From the NCBI GenBank assembly GCA_964551345.1, contig CAZKDQ010000004.1, positions 12,036 to 55,276 of the forward strand: a stretch of DNA of 43,241 bases. Reading direction: 5' to 3'. The notes below the pieces were generated by a model that made no database searches, was not told the origin of the DNA, and saw nothing but the letters and a program-made list of their open reading frames with translations. The position numbers and the translations under genes are program-made. The DNA is from an uncultured Rhodothermales bacterium. GTDB taxonomy: Bacteria; Bacteroidota; Rhodothermia; Rhodothermales; CAZKDQ01. Of the stretch, positions 17,161-26,487 are shown in pieces. Each line of letters opens with the position of its first letter. Positions within the stretch are counted from its first letter, which is position 1.

Positions 17161-19407
17161 TTAATTGGTGCCTTCTGCGTGGGCAGGTTCGGCATCGGCT
17201 GCCTGGCCTGCGACCTGGTTGTTCGAGTGTTCCGGCGCGTTCGTCGTCGTGACGCCCCCCCATTTCATCACGAGGAGCGTCAGGTCGTCGTCGTACTGCT
17301 CATGCCCGAGGAATGCGTGGAGATCGTTAAGCAGGTTCTCGTGCAGGACGTCTGCGTCTTCATGGCGATGCCGGCTGAGTGAGCTAAGAAGGCGGTCATA
17401 TCCAAACTCCTCGCCACTGTCGGCTCGGCTCTCGACGATCCCGTCTGTATAGAGTACGAAAACGTCTCCGGGCTGAAGCCGCAGGCGTTCCTCTGCCAGC
17501 GAACGTCCATAGTTTTCGCTTCGATCAAGCCCGAGCCCGAGGCCCGCAGAGCGCACGAGGCGGGCACGCCCGTTCAAACTGATCGTAGCGGCGGGGCAGT
17601 GGCCCGCCCGCGCCATCACCAGTTCCTCTTTCTCCGTATCGATCAGACCGTAAATTACTGAGATGAATACGTGCCGCTCGAGAGTCTTGGCCAACGCACG
17701 ATTTGCATGAACGAGGAACTCAGCCGGTGATTCAGCAAGAGGTGCAAGCGCGTGAAATATCCCCTGCAGCTCTGCCATATAGAATGCTGCGGAGGTACCC
17801 TTGCCCGATACGTCTGCAACGATAAACGCGAGGCGGTGCTCATCGATTCGGGCGATGTCATAATAATCGCCCCCGACTTCCTGAGCCGAGACCGATGAAG
17901 CCGCCAGCGAAAGACCTGGCACTCTCGGTAGCTGCTGCGGAAGCAGCCGCTGCTGCACCTCCCGCGCAATAGTAAGCTCCCGCGTAAGGCGCTCCTTCTC
18001 GACCTTCTCTTCGAAGAGCATCGCGTTGTCGAGCGCCAGCGCCGCCTGTGCAGCGAAAACCGTCAGCGCCTCGATCTCATCCTTTTCAAAACCATGCGCG
18101 ACGTCGCGCGCAGCGAAAAGCGCCCCCTGGCATACATCACGTGCCATCAGAGGAACCACGAGCAGGCTGCCGAGGCCATCGCCCGGCTTTGCATCGACAC
18201 GGTGATCGGCAGCCGCTTCCTCGAGCACGATCAGTGAGCCCTTCGCCTGGACTTCCTCGAAGATGGCGTCCACGTCCACCAGGCGCGTCACGTTCTCGAC
18301 GGGGATGTTGCTGCTCGCTACTACATCGGCTTTCAACGAACCGCGGCGTGAGTCGCGCATCGCCAGCCACGTTGTTTGCGCCGTCCCGGCATCAACGGGC
18401 GATTCCGTGATGCTGGCGAAGAGACGCTCGGGCTCAAAAACCTGGCTGACGAGAGAGGCGAGCGAATGCATGGCGGCCATCTCACCCGTCTTCCGTTGGA
18501 AATCACCCGTCGTCGGAAGATGGAAGATCAGCGAGAGGAGCGCCGTCAAGCTGTACAAGATCGCGAAGATCGAGACGAGCAGCGTGAACGAGCCCAGCGG
18601 GTAACTGTAGTGCTGGAGATAGACGGCCGCGCGTGGCAGGAAGCCTTCATCACCACCTGTGGCCATCCCAACCGCGAGACCAATCAGCAACAAGAGCGAC
18701 AGGCCGATGATGGTCATCTTCTCGCGGAACGACAGATAAACCACCCACGAGAGCCGGAAGGAGTTGGTCACCATCAACCCGACCGTTGGAAGCAGCGCAA
18801 TGCCCTGCAGCACGCTCAGCTCCTCCTGTGGCGAGCGCATGAACGACAGGAGCGACGTGAACGCCATCAGCACGATCATCAGCATCCAATTGCGCATGCT
18901 GCGGCGCGTGCGCTTGAAGTGGACGAGCTCGCGCAGCAGGATGAGCAGGAGGAAGGCGAAGCTCGCCTCCATCAGTGCCACCATGTTCATCTTAACAACG
19001 GTGGCGGGAGTCAGTGGAACTCCCGTATCCAGCTCGAAACCGCGGATATCGGCCTCCACAAGCACGTCCGGCGAGACGGCTTCACTCACCCACGCAAGCA
19101 GCCCCGCAAAGACTGAGAAGCCGATCGCGATGAGCAGGATGCTCCAGAAGATGCGCGCGGGCTCTGTCCGATGCTGCCGAACCCTGTCCGAAAGGTATAC
19201 GAACAGCAGCACGTACGACGCGATGATCATGACGTTGTACGTGAGAGCAACACCCGGAGCGGCGGGCGTCTGCGATGCCCAGACGGCGACGTGGTATACT
19301 ACTCCCGCGACGTAGCCGATACCAAAAAGCAGCAGCAACAGCCACGTGCGCCCACGGCCGCGCATAAGAGGCGCTGTGATACGGTCAAAATGAACCGGTA
19401 GGGCCAT
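17161..19407 (-). CDS. Polytopic-membrane GAF-domain PP2C (SpoIIE/RsbU-type) serine phosphatase
   Basis: 748 aa. The N-terminal ~300 aa has about 8-9 hydrophobic helices. A central GAF-like region follows. The C-terminus has PP2C motifs REVQQRLLP, EVGGDYYDI, FIVADVSGKGTSAAFYMA, FVLYTDGIVE and DDDLTLLVMK. Confidence 0.9.
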   Translation of the reverse strand: MALPVHFDRITAPLMRGRGRTWLLLLLFGIGYVAGVVYHVAVWASQTPAAPGVALTYNVMIIASYVLLFVYLSDRVRQHRTEPARIFWSILLIAIGFSVFAGLLAWVSEAVSPDVLVEADIRGFELDTGVPLTPATVVKMNMVALMEASFAFLLLILLRELVHFKRTRRSMRNWMLMIVLMAFTSLLSFMRSPQEELSVLQGIALLPTVGLMVTNSFRLSWVVYLSFREKMTIIGLSLLLLIGLAVGMATGGDEGFLPRAAVYLQHYSYPLGSFTLLVSIFAILYSLTALLSLIFHLPTTGDFQRKTGEMAAMHSLASLVSQVFEPERLFASITESPVDAGTAQTTWLAMRDSRRGSLKADVVASSNIPVENVTRLVDVDAIFEEVQAKGSLIVLEEAAADHRVDAKPGDGLGSLLVVPLMARDVCQGALFAARDVAHGFEKDEIEALTVFAAQAALALDNAMLFEEKVEKERLTRELTIAREVQQRLLPQQLPRVPGLSLAASSVSAQEVGGDYYDIARIDEHRLAFIVADVSGKGTSAAFYMAELQGIFHALAPLAESPAEFLVHANRALAKTLERHVFISVIYGLIDTEKEELVMARAGHCPAATISLNGRARLVRSAGLGLGLDRSENYGRSLAEERLRLQPGDVFVLYTDGIVESRADSGEEFGYDRLLSSLSRHRHEDADVLHENLLNDLHAFLGHEQYDDDLTLLVMKWGGVTTTNAPEHSNNQVAGQAADAEPAHAEGTN

Positions 19408-19577
19408 GCAAGCTAAAGGGTGCGGGGGCAGGTCTGTGCTCAGACGCTGCGTAATACTACAACAGGCCCGCGAATGTTACACCGGCGACACGCGCCGATG
19501 GCCGCCAAGGCATCCTTCGACTGGCAGTAACTTCAAAAGCATCCCGGCGTAGACACCGCACCACATCCACCCCACGT

Positions 19578-21347
19578 ATGAAGCGCCGCCAGATTGTCCG
19601 CCTGCAAATAGTCGTGCTCGGTATGCTTACCGTGCTTGTTCTGGCGCGTGCTTTCGGCGGGGAAGGCCGGCCGAACGGCGTGATCGCCTTCTCCGACATC
19701 GGGGTCAGTCGCCTGCATGAAGGGGCGTTCCGGCTCGAAGAGACAAGCCGAATACATGTGACATCAAGCGGATCGATCGAGAGCCGGTCCGATACGTCCC
19801 TCGCAGCCTACGCCTGGATTCTCGACCATTCGACGCGTGAGCCGGTCTGGATCATGAGTCATGCCCATTCTTCCCGCGGAAGCGGCATGCTCGTGCATGT
19901 AGACACCGTTCTGGCGCTGGATGAAGGAATTTACGAGGCCTATTTCACGAGCTACGGCAACGACATTTCGTCCCGCTCGAGCCGGTCGTTCTTCAGCCGG
20001 ATTTTCGATGAGAGCCTCCACTGGGTTAATGATGCGGGGAACTGGTCGCTGATCATTAACCCGGTAGATGGTTCTGAGGGCTCCGTGACCGCGGTCTCGA
20101 TCGAAGAGCTACGAGAGGACGCGCCGAAGCCGTTCTGGACGTCGGGCCCGATGATGAACCGTCGGACGGCAGAGGAGCTGTTCGATGTGCGGTCTCCGGT
20201 TGATGTTCATCTGTACAGCATCGGCGAGGTTACCGATCGCATTTACGATTACGGATGGATCCGGCGCGCGCCGGCCAATGATACCGTCTGGAGTTTGAGC
20301 GATGAGAACGCAACCTGGGCGGGTGGATCCGACGTGAACCGGCGTTATCGCGGCACGATGACGCTTGAGAGCGGCATCCATTCCGTTGGATTTTCCACCG
20401 ACCCGGGGCACGCGTTCGATGGATGGCGGGCCAATCCTCCTTTCGATCCGCAAGCATGGGGCCTACGCCTCGACCTCGTCAATCCCGCCGACACTTCCCG
20501 CATAACGCGGTTCGATCCCTGGATCGAGCGGCGGCCGGCGATCAGTCTGGCCCCGGTGGGGAATGATGAGCATCGCGTGGCAACGATTCGTGTGGATGAA
20601 CCGGCGCCGGTGATCATCTACTCGGTGGGAGAGATTGGGCGCTCACGCTACGACTACGGAACGCTCCGCGCCAGCGATACGGATACGCTGGTCTGGGAGA
20701 TGACGGCAGAAGGCTCCACGCAGGCGGGCGGGCACCAGAACAACCGGCGGCAGATAAGTTTCCTGACACTTCAGCCGGGTGAATATCAACTCGAGTATCG
20801 GACAGACGGATCGCACGCGTACGATGACTGGCGAAACGGTGAACCTGATCATCCCGACCGGTGGGGCGTTACGCTCTTCACGCTCGACGGGCGAGCTCTT
20901 GGCAACGTCGAGTATGGGGATGCGGGTGAGCCGGCGGCGGCGCCTGCACCACCCGCACCACCCGAGTCAGTTGCATCAGACGGTCCCGTACTGGTTGCAC
21001 TGACTCGCGTCGGCAACGAACAACGTCGGACGCAGCGTTTTGACATTGATCGTACCACGGAGATCGACGTGCACGCCCTGGGTGAAATCACCCTCAGCAA
21101 CAGGTATGATTACGCATGGATCGAGAATGTGGAAACGGGGCAGACTGTGTGGGAGATGACATATTCGAACACGGAGCCCGCCGGTGGGCATCGTCGAAAT
21201 CGGATGTTTGACGGCGTCATTACGTTCGAACCCGGACGTTATCTGGTCCAGTACCAGACCGACTTCTCCCACGCCTACGGTGATTTTCGGTCGGGTGAAG
21301 CGCCATCCGAACCCGAACAATGGGGGATTACCCTGCGACGACCCTGA
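19578..21347 (+). CDS. Secreted hypothetical protein composed of four tandem ~120-aa repeats of an unassigned domain
   Basis: 589 aa with a signal-peptide-like N-terminus MKRRQIVRLQIVVLGMLTVLVLARAFG. Four internally homologous modules are visible by eye. The end is close-packed with prmA (stop at 21345-21347, prmA ATG at 21353). Confidence 0.8.
   Translation: MKRRQIVRLQIVVLGMLTVLVLARAFGGEGRPNGVIAFSDIGVSRLHEGAFRLEETSRIHVTSSGSIESRSDTSLAAYAWILDHSTREPVWIMSHAHSSRGSGMLVHVDTVLALDEGIYEAYFTSYGNDISSRSSRSFFSRIFDESLHWVNDAGNWSLIINPVDGSEGSVTAVSIEELREDAPKPFWTSGPMMNRRTAEELFDVRSPVDVHLYSIGEVTDRIYDYGWIRRAPANDTVWSLSDENATWAGGSDVNRRYRGTMTLESGIHSVGFSTDPGHAFDGWRANPPFDPQAWGLRLDLVNPADTSRITRFDPWIERRPAISLAPVGNDEHRVATIRVDEPAPVIIYSVGEIGRSRYDYGTLRASDTDTLVWEMTAEGSTQAGGHQNNRRQISFLTLQPGEYQLEYRTDGSHAYDDWRNGEPDHPDRWGVTLFTLDGRALGNVEYGDAGEPAAAPAPPAPPESVASDGPVLVALTRVGNEQRRTQRFDIDRTTEIDVHALGEITLSNRYDYAWIENVETGQTVWEMTYSNTEPAGGHRRNRMFDGVITFEPGRYLVQYQTDFSHAYGDFRSGEAPSEPEQWGITLRRP
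19683..21341 (+). repeat. Four tandem protein-level repeats within the 19578-21347 CDS
   Basis: Approximate module boundaries are 19683-20063, 20130-20480, 20532-20885 and 20982-21341. Modules 2-4 share GE[VI]...YDY[GA]W/TI/L...VWE/SM/L...AGG...NRR/M...G.Y...Y.TD.SHAY/FDD/GW/F...P..WG[LVI].L. Module 1 is degenerate. A Pro/Ala linker lies at about 20925-20972. Confidence 0.8.
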
Positions 21348-21352
21348 GTGTG

Positions 21353-22213
21353 ATGCAAACGATTGAAGTGACGATTCCGGTGTCGGAGGATCTGCATGAG
21401 TTCCTGATCGCGGAGCTCAATGACCTCGATTTCGAGGCGTTCGAGCAGGAAGACGAGGTGCTTAAAGCCTACGTACCTGCATCGCGCTGGAACGACATCT
21501 CACGCGAGTGGATCGAGCAGTGGCTCATCTCGCAAGGGATCGAGCCTGCGCTTAAAGAAGTCGTTTATGAGCCAACGAACTGGAACGCCCGCTGGGAAGA
21601 GACGGTGCGGCCGGTTGTTGTGCCTCCGTTTATCATCAAGCCGACGTGGGCACAACTGCCATCGGAGCATCAGGACAAGATTCTTCTCGAGGTTGATCCG
21701 AAGATGAGTTTCGGGACCGGCTATCACGAAAGCACGAGACTGATGCTTCGCTTGATGGCGGGTATCGACTTCACTGAAACGCTCGTACTCGATGCGGGCA
21801 CCGGCACGGGCGTCCTGGCAATTGCGGCTGCGAAGTGCGGCGCCCAGCAGGTGATCGCGTTTGACGTCGATCGGTGGTCGTTTGAGAATGGTGGGGAGAA
21901 CGTAATCCTCAACGGCGTGCAGGATCGCGTGGACGTGAGGTTCGGTGGGATCGAGGCGGTGCAGGAGGGCGAAGCGGTCGATGTCATTCTCGCCAACATC
22001 AACTTGAACGTGCTTTTAGGATTGCTTCCGGAATTTCATCGAAGACTTGGCGCTGAGGGCAGGCTCGTCATGTCGGGGATGATGCTTCAGGACCGACTTC
22101 GAATGGCATCGGCGCTGCAGGAGAATGGCTTCAGCATCGAGCGGGAATACGAAGAGGGCGACTGGTGGGCCGTCATGGCGCGCCGTGACCACGTTGTCGC
22201 GAAGGCTGCATAA
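21353..22213 (+). CDS. prmA: Ribosomal protein L11 methyltransferase
   Basis: Start at ATG 21353. IKPTW, LEVDPKMSFGTGYHESTRL, the SAM motif VLDAGTGTGVLAIAAAK.GA and ILANI are present. Confidence 0.9.
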   Translation: MQTIEVTIPVSEDLHEFLIAELNDLDFEAFEQEDEVLKAYVPASRWNDISREWIEQWLISQGIEPALKEVVYEPTNWNARWEETVRPVVVPPFIIKPTWAQLPSEHQDKILLEVDPKMSFGTGYHESTRLMLRLMAGIDFTETLVLDAGTGTGVLAIAAAKCGAQQVIAFDVDRWSFENGGENVILNGVQDRVDVRFGGIEAVQEGEAVDVILANINLNVLLGLLPEFHRRLGAEGRLVMSGMMLQDRLRMASALQENGFSIEREYEEGDWWAVMARRDHVVAKAA

Positions 22214-22323
22214 TTTCGGACCTGTTCGTCCTTATTTGATGTTGCTGCGAATCCTCGAGAGGTGGGGACCCCGACCGTACGTCCATCGTAGGGCTAGCCC
22301 GTCCGAACGAACGCCCTGATCTA

Positions 22324-23427
22324 ATGAGCACTGCAGAGAATATCGTCCAGGCACTTACCCGCGTCGTCGAACCGGAAAGCGGCAAGGATTTGATCCGCCT
22401 CAATATGGTGCGCGATCTGAAGGTGGCCGGTGATCAGGTTTCCTTCACGATTGTCGTCAAAGACCCTGCGTCTGATTTCGCGAAGCAGGTAGATGAAGTC
22501 GCGAAGCAAGCCGTGCACCAGTTGTGGCCCGAGGCGAAGGTCGACGTCGCGATCGACAACGAGATGATAGGTCTCGGTGAGACGCCGGCAGGTTCGGGCG
22601 GACGATCGACTATCGAGACGGGCGCGACGAATTTAATCGCTGTGGCCTCCGGCAAAGGCGGCGTCGGCAAGAGTACGGTAGCCGCCAACCTGGCCGTTGC
22701 GCTCGCGCGGCAGGGATACGACGTGGGCCTTGTCGATACCGACATCTACGGCCCGTCCATTCCCACGATGTTTGGTGCGATGGATGCCAAGCCGCGCGTC
22801 AATGAACAGCGCAAGATCATTCCGATCGACAAACACGGTGTCCGGCTGCTGTCGATGGGTTTTCTCGTTGACCTCGATAAAGCCGTCATCTGGCGTGGCC
22901 CGATGGTATCCAATGCGGTGCGTCAGTTCCTGGGTGATGCGGAGTGGGGCGAGCTGGATTACCTCGTGCTCGATCTGCCGCCCGGAACGGGAGACATACA
23001 GCTTACGCTCGTTCAATCAGTCTCGCTGACCGGCGCGGTAATCGTCTCCACGCCTCAGGAAGTTGCGCTCGCCGACGCCCGCAAAGGCGTGTCGATGTTC
23101 GACAACGTGAACGTGCCGGTGCTCGGTATCGTAGAGAACATGGCATACTTCATCCCGCCGGATTTGCCCGACAAGAAGTACTATCTCTTTGGTGAAGGCG
23201 GCGCGCGCAAGCTGGCAGGCGATCTCGAAGTTCCGTTCCTTGGAGAGATTCCGCTCGAACAGCGAGTTCGGGAGACGGGAGATGAAGGAACGCCGGTTGT
23301 AGCCGCGGCGCCGGAGAGCGCATCAGCGAAAGCTTTTGATGACGCTGCGCGCCGGGTATCGCTTCAGGTCGCACTGCGCAATGCGCAGCAGCCGGCTACG
23401 CAGAAGGTTGAGATTCTCTATCGTTGA
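22324..23427 (+). CDS. apbC: Mrp/NBP35/ApbC-family Fe-S cluster carrier ATPase
   Basis: 367 aa with an N-terminal DUF59-like domain, the deviant Walker A VASGKGGVGKSTVAANLA, then YLVLDLPPGTGD. Confidence 0.92.
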   Translation: MSTAENIVQALTRVVEPESGKDLIRLNMVRDLKVAGDQVSFTIVVKDPASDFAKQVDEVAKQAVHQLWPEAKVDVAIDNEMIGLGETPAGSGGRSTIETGATNLIAVASGKGGVGKSTVAANLAVALARQGYDVGLVDTDIYGPSIPTMFGAMDAKPRVNEQRKIIPIDKHGVRLLSMGFLVDLDKAVIWRGPMVSNAVRQFLGDAEWGELDYLVLDLPPGTGDIQLTLVQSVSLTGAVIVSTPQEVALADARKGVSMFDNVNVPVLGIVENMAYFIPPDLPDKKYYLFGEGGARKLAGDLEVPFLGEIPLEQRVRETGDEGTPVVAAAPESASAKAFDDAARRVSLQVALRNAQQPATQKVEILYR

Positions 23428-23506
23428 TCCGAAGGCTCTGCTTGCTGATCTTTTCGATCGGAGCCGAGTATGATCCGCTCCACCGATCGACCATCTCTTT
23501 GTTATC

Positions 23507-23809
23507 ATGACCCAGGAGAATAATCACGACTTGCGGGACGAGCTCGACTTCAACCCTGGAGCCGATCCGGAACTGCGGCGGCGTGTTGAGGAGGCGCTGG
23601 ATATGATCCGGCCGTATCTGATGGCCGATGGTGGTTCGGTTCGTGTGATGGACATCACGCCCGACCTCGTCGTCGAACTGGAGCTGCTGGGCGCCTGCGG
23701 CACGTGCCCGATGAGCACGATGACGCTCCGAGCGGGAATCGAGCAGGCGCTGAAGCGGTCGGTCCCGCAGATCTCGCGAGTGGAAGCGGTGAACGCACCG
23801 GCGGCGTAA
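23507..23809 (+). CDS. NifU C-terminal-domain (Nfu-type) Fe-S assembly protein
   Basis: 100 aa: IRPYLMADGGSVRVMDI......LELLGACGTCPMSTMTL with the CxxC motif. Confidence 0.88.
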   Translation: MTQENNHDLRDELDFNPGADPELRRRVEEALDMIRPYLMADGGSVRVMDITPDLVVELELLGACGTCPMSTMTLRAGIEQALKRSVPQISRVEAVNAPAA

Positions 23810-23820
23810 CGGCGCCTACC

Positions 23821-24516
23821 TTAGCCAGGATCGCCGTCCTGTACCTTCCACCCGAACTCAAGCAAGGGAAGCGCACCACGCATCGCTTCGACGGCGATCG
23901 CGGTGAACGAGGGTTTGAGCAGCTCTTCATCGGCGACCTTTCGTGAACCCAGGAACGACTTCCACCGAAGGTATTCCCCGGCCGGGTGATCCGGGCCAAG
24001 CTGGGTACCGCGTGGCATACGCTTGAGCTTGTCGTCGCTGTCGAGATCCATCCCTGCCGCTTCCACTGCCTGGGCGATTGCCAGGAATCGATCGGGCAAC
24101 TGCTCGATTTGCTGTCGCCATGATTGAAGGAGTTTCGACTCCGGGCGCCAGAATCCTCCTGAGATAAAAGACTGCCCCGGCTCGATATGGATGTATAGTC
24201 CGCCGGGCTCCTTGCGATCGCCCGACCGCGTCAGGACAGCGCCGATGTGCGTCTTGTAGGGCCGTTTATCCTTGGAGAACCGTATGTCGCGGTAGATGCG
24301 AAATATGGCGTTCTGCGGATCGGCCGTTAGCGGGATGTTGTGCCTCGCCGCCTCTGCCGAGAGTTCCGCGATCAGGCACTGCATCGGCCAGACCAGCTCA
24401 TCCTCATAGGTCACTTTCCGTGGCTTGAACCAATCGCGGTCGTTGTTCTCCTTCAGGTCGCGCATGAACTGCAACCCTTCCTCACGAAATCCCGGGAACG
24501 GTGGTAAATGCATCAT
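23821..24516 (-). CDS. DUF2461 (TIGR02453) family protein
   Basis: 231 aa: F.FMRDLKENNDRDWF......FRIYRDIRFSKDKRPYKTHIGA is the family signature as I recall it. Confidence 0.8.
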   Translation of the reverse strand: MMHLPPFPGFREEGLQFMRDLKENNDRDWFKPRKVTYEDELVWPMQCLIAELSAEAARHNIPLTADPQNAIFRIYRDIRFSKDKRPYKTHIGAVLTRSGDRKEPGGLYIHIEPGQSFISGGFWRPESKLLQSWRQQIEQLPDRFLAIAQAVEAAGMDLDSDDKLKRMPRGTQLGPDHPAGEYLRWKSFLGSRKVADEELLKPSFTAIAVEAMRGALPLLEFGWKVQDGDPG

Positions 24517-24564
24517 GGTGTTTGGAGGATGACGTTTGCAGTGTTTGACCGGTTGTCATGCTGA

Positions 24565-24606
24565 TATTAACAAAACGGGGACGCAGCCGGCAGCTACGTC
24601 CCCGTT
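24565..24606 (-). terminator. Rho-independent terminator after the M28 peptidase gene
   Basis: On the minus strand, AACGGGGACG (13-nt loop) CGTCCCCGTT forms a 10-bp perfect stem (plus-strand 24574-24583 / 24597-24606), followed by TTTTGTTAAT. Confidence 0.8.
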
Positions 24607-24630
24607 CCGATTGCCCGGAGATCCGAAGAC

Positions 24631-26409
24631 TTAATTGAAGCCTTCGCCACTCACCTGCGGCCGCTCGTCCTGATTGGCAAGCTGCCAGGCTGTGCCGAAA
24701 ATCAACCGGCTGATGCGCTCGAGTCGCGGGTAGTCGACTTTATCCGGCGTGTCGCCGAGGCCGTGATAGTCCTCATGCGTGCCGGTGAAGTAGAAGATGA
24801 ATGGGATGTTGTGCTTGCCGAAGTTCCAGTGATCCGATCGGCGGTAGAACTGGTTCGGATCATCAGGCGCATTGAACCGCTCGCTGAGTTCGACTGATGA
24901 GCCGATCACTGTGTTCACGCCCTCATTCACGTCATGGATATCCTGCGAGATGAGGTCGCCGCCGATGATGTAGACATAGTCGGTCGTCTCGCCAGGATAC
25001 GTCGGGTCATGACGACCGATCATATCGATGTTCAGGTTGGCGACGGTGTTCTCAAGCGGCACGATCGGGTCGATGTCCGAATAGTAGCGCGATCCGATCA
25101 GCCCTTTCTCCTCAGCCGTCACGTTCAGAAACATGACTGAGCGGCGCGGGCCAAAGCCGTGGTCCTTCGCCGCCTGGAACGCGTCCGCGATTTCGAGCAG
25201 CGCGACGGTACCCGAACCGTCGTCGTCGGCTCCGTTGTAGACCTGACGATTTCCGTCCGCATCCGTCTCGAAGCCGATGTGATCGTAGTGCGAGGTCAAG
25301 ATGACGAACTCATGTTTCAGCTCAGGATCCGTGCCCTCGACAACAGCGACCACATTCTCCGTCGTTAGCGGGACGCTGCCGTGATCCAGCGTGCTCGTCA
25401 CTTCCACCCCGTCAACCGCCAACACGACGGGCGTCAGGTTCGCATCGATCTCCTGCTTCAGGCTCTCGACATCGCGCCCGGTGGGTCCAAGTAGTGCGTT
25501 GGCGAATTCCGACGACACGACATGCACAGGCGGAAACGCACGCCGCGCTCCCGATGGCTCGAGCGATATGGCTCCGATGCTCTCGCCGACGTTGGCCGCA
25601 ATTTGGCGCGCGGTCGCATCGACATCCTCACCGAGTGGTCCAAGATCATTCACGATCATGATGCCGCTCATCTGGCCTCTCGTGCTGGCCGCGCGGATCT
25701 TGCTCCAGAGCGCGGTCGACCAGTCCGTCGGCTCGCCATCTGCTGAAAGAAGGCTTCCGCCCGTGGGGGAGGTCGGTTCGCCGCCCAGAATCAGGAGCCA
25801 TTTCCCTGAGGTCGTGATCCCCGCATCGGCCAGGGCGGCATAGTCGTCGTAGGCGCCATCCTGGATTCCATATCCCGCAAAGACGACGCCGGCGGTCACT
25901 TCGGGAACCGTGCCGAAGCTCAAGTACGAATTGCCGTCGGATTTTCCGGGCCCAAAGGTCGTCGAGGCGATGACGTCATCGCCAACACGCGCCTCGATGG
26001 CAGAAGACTGCAGTCGGCTGGAGTAGACGTCGAACGGCTGAAAGAATCGCCGCAGGTCCAATTCGTTATCCGTCTGAACGCGGCCGTATGGCGTCAGCCC
26101 GAGTCGCTGATACTGCGACGCGAGGTACTTTGCTGCCAGGCGCTGCCCGCGGGCGGCCGTTTCGCGTCCTTCCATATAGTCGGACGCAAAGAAGTAGAGG
26201 TGAGCGGCGAGTTCATTCGCCGTAATGGTCTCTGCGAAACGTGTGGCGAGAGAGGGATCCTCGAAGACGGAAGGCGTGAGGGGCGTCTCGACCTGCGCTT
26301 TCGGCGCCTGCGCAAGCGCGCGAAAGGGCAGTAGGCCGATCGACAGGATCAGCGCAAGCACGAAGTATAGTGAGCGAGCAATGGAAGGCCCGCGGACGGT
26401 GCCGGTCAT
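24631..26409 (-). CDS. Secreted M28-family aminopeptidase with an inserted PA domain
   Basis: 592 aa with a signal peptide ending ALAQAP. M28 zinc ligands are in HYDHIGF, NGADDDGSGTVALLEIA, NVTAEEKGLIGS and HEDYH. Confidence 0.88.
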   Translation of the reverse strand: MTGTVRGPSIARSLYFVLALILSIGLLPFRALAQAPKAQVETPLTPSVFEDPSLATRFAETITANELAAHLYFFASDYMEGRETAARGQRLAAKYLASQYQRLGLTPYGRVQTDNELDLRRFFQPFDVYSSRLQSSAIEARVGDDVIASTTFGPGKSDGNSYLSFGTVPEVTAGVVFAGYGIQDGAYDDYAALADAGITTSGKWLLILGGEPTSPTGGSLLSADGEPTDWSTALWSKIRAASTRGQMSGIMIVNDLGPLGEDVDATARQIAANVGESIGAISLEPSGARRAFPPVHVVSSEFANALLGPTGRDVESLKQEIDANLTPVVLAVDGVEVTSTLDHGSVPLTTENVVAVVEGTDPELKHEFVILTSHYDHIGFETDADGNRQVYNGADDDGSGTVALLEIADAFQAAKDHGFGPRRSVMFLNVTAEEKGLIGSRYYSDIDPIVPLENTVANLNIDMIGRHDPTYPGETTDYVYIIGGDLISQDIHDVNEGVNTVIGSSVELSERFNAPDDPNQFYRRSDHWNFGKHNIPFIFYFTGTHEDYHGLGDTPDKVDYPRLERISRLIFGTAWQLANQDERPQVSGEGFN

Positions 26410-26487
26410 GGATTCATCGGAAGGTTGAACGAGATCATCACAAACGTAACGACGGGCCGTAAGATTCGAACCGGACGGAGAATGGCT

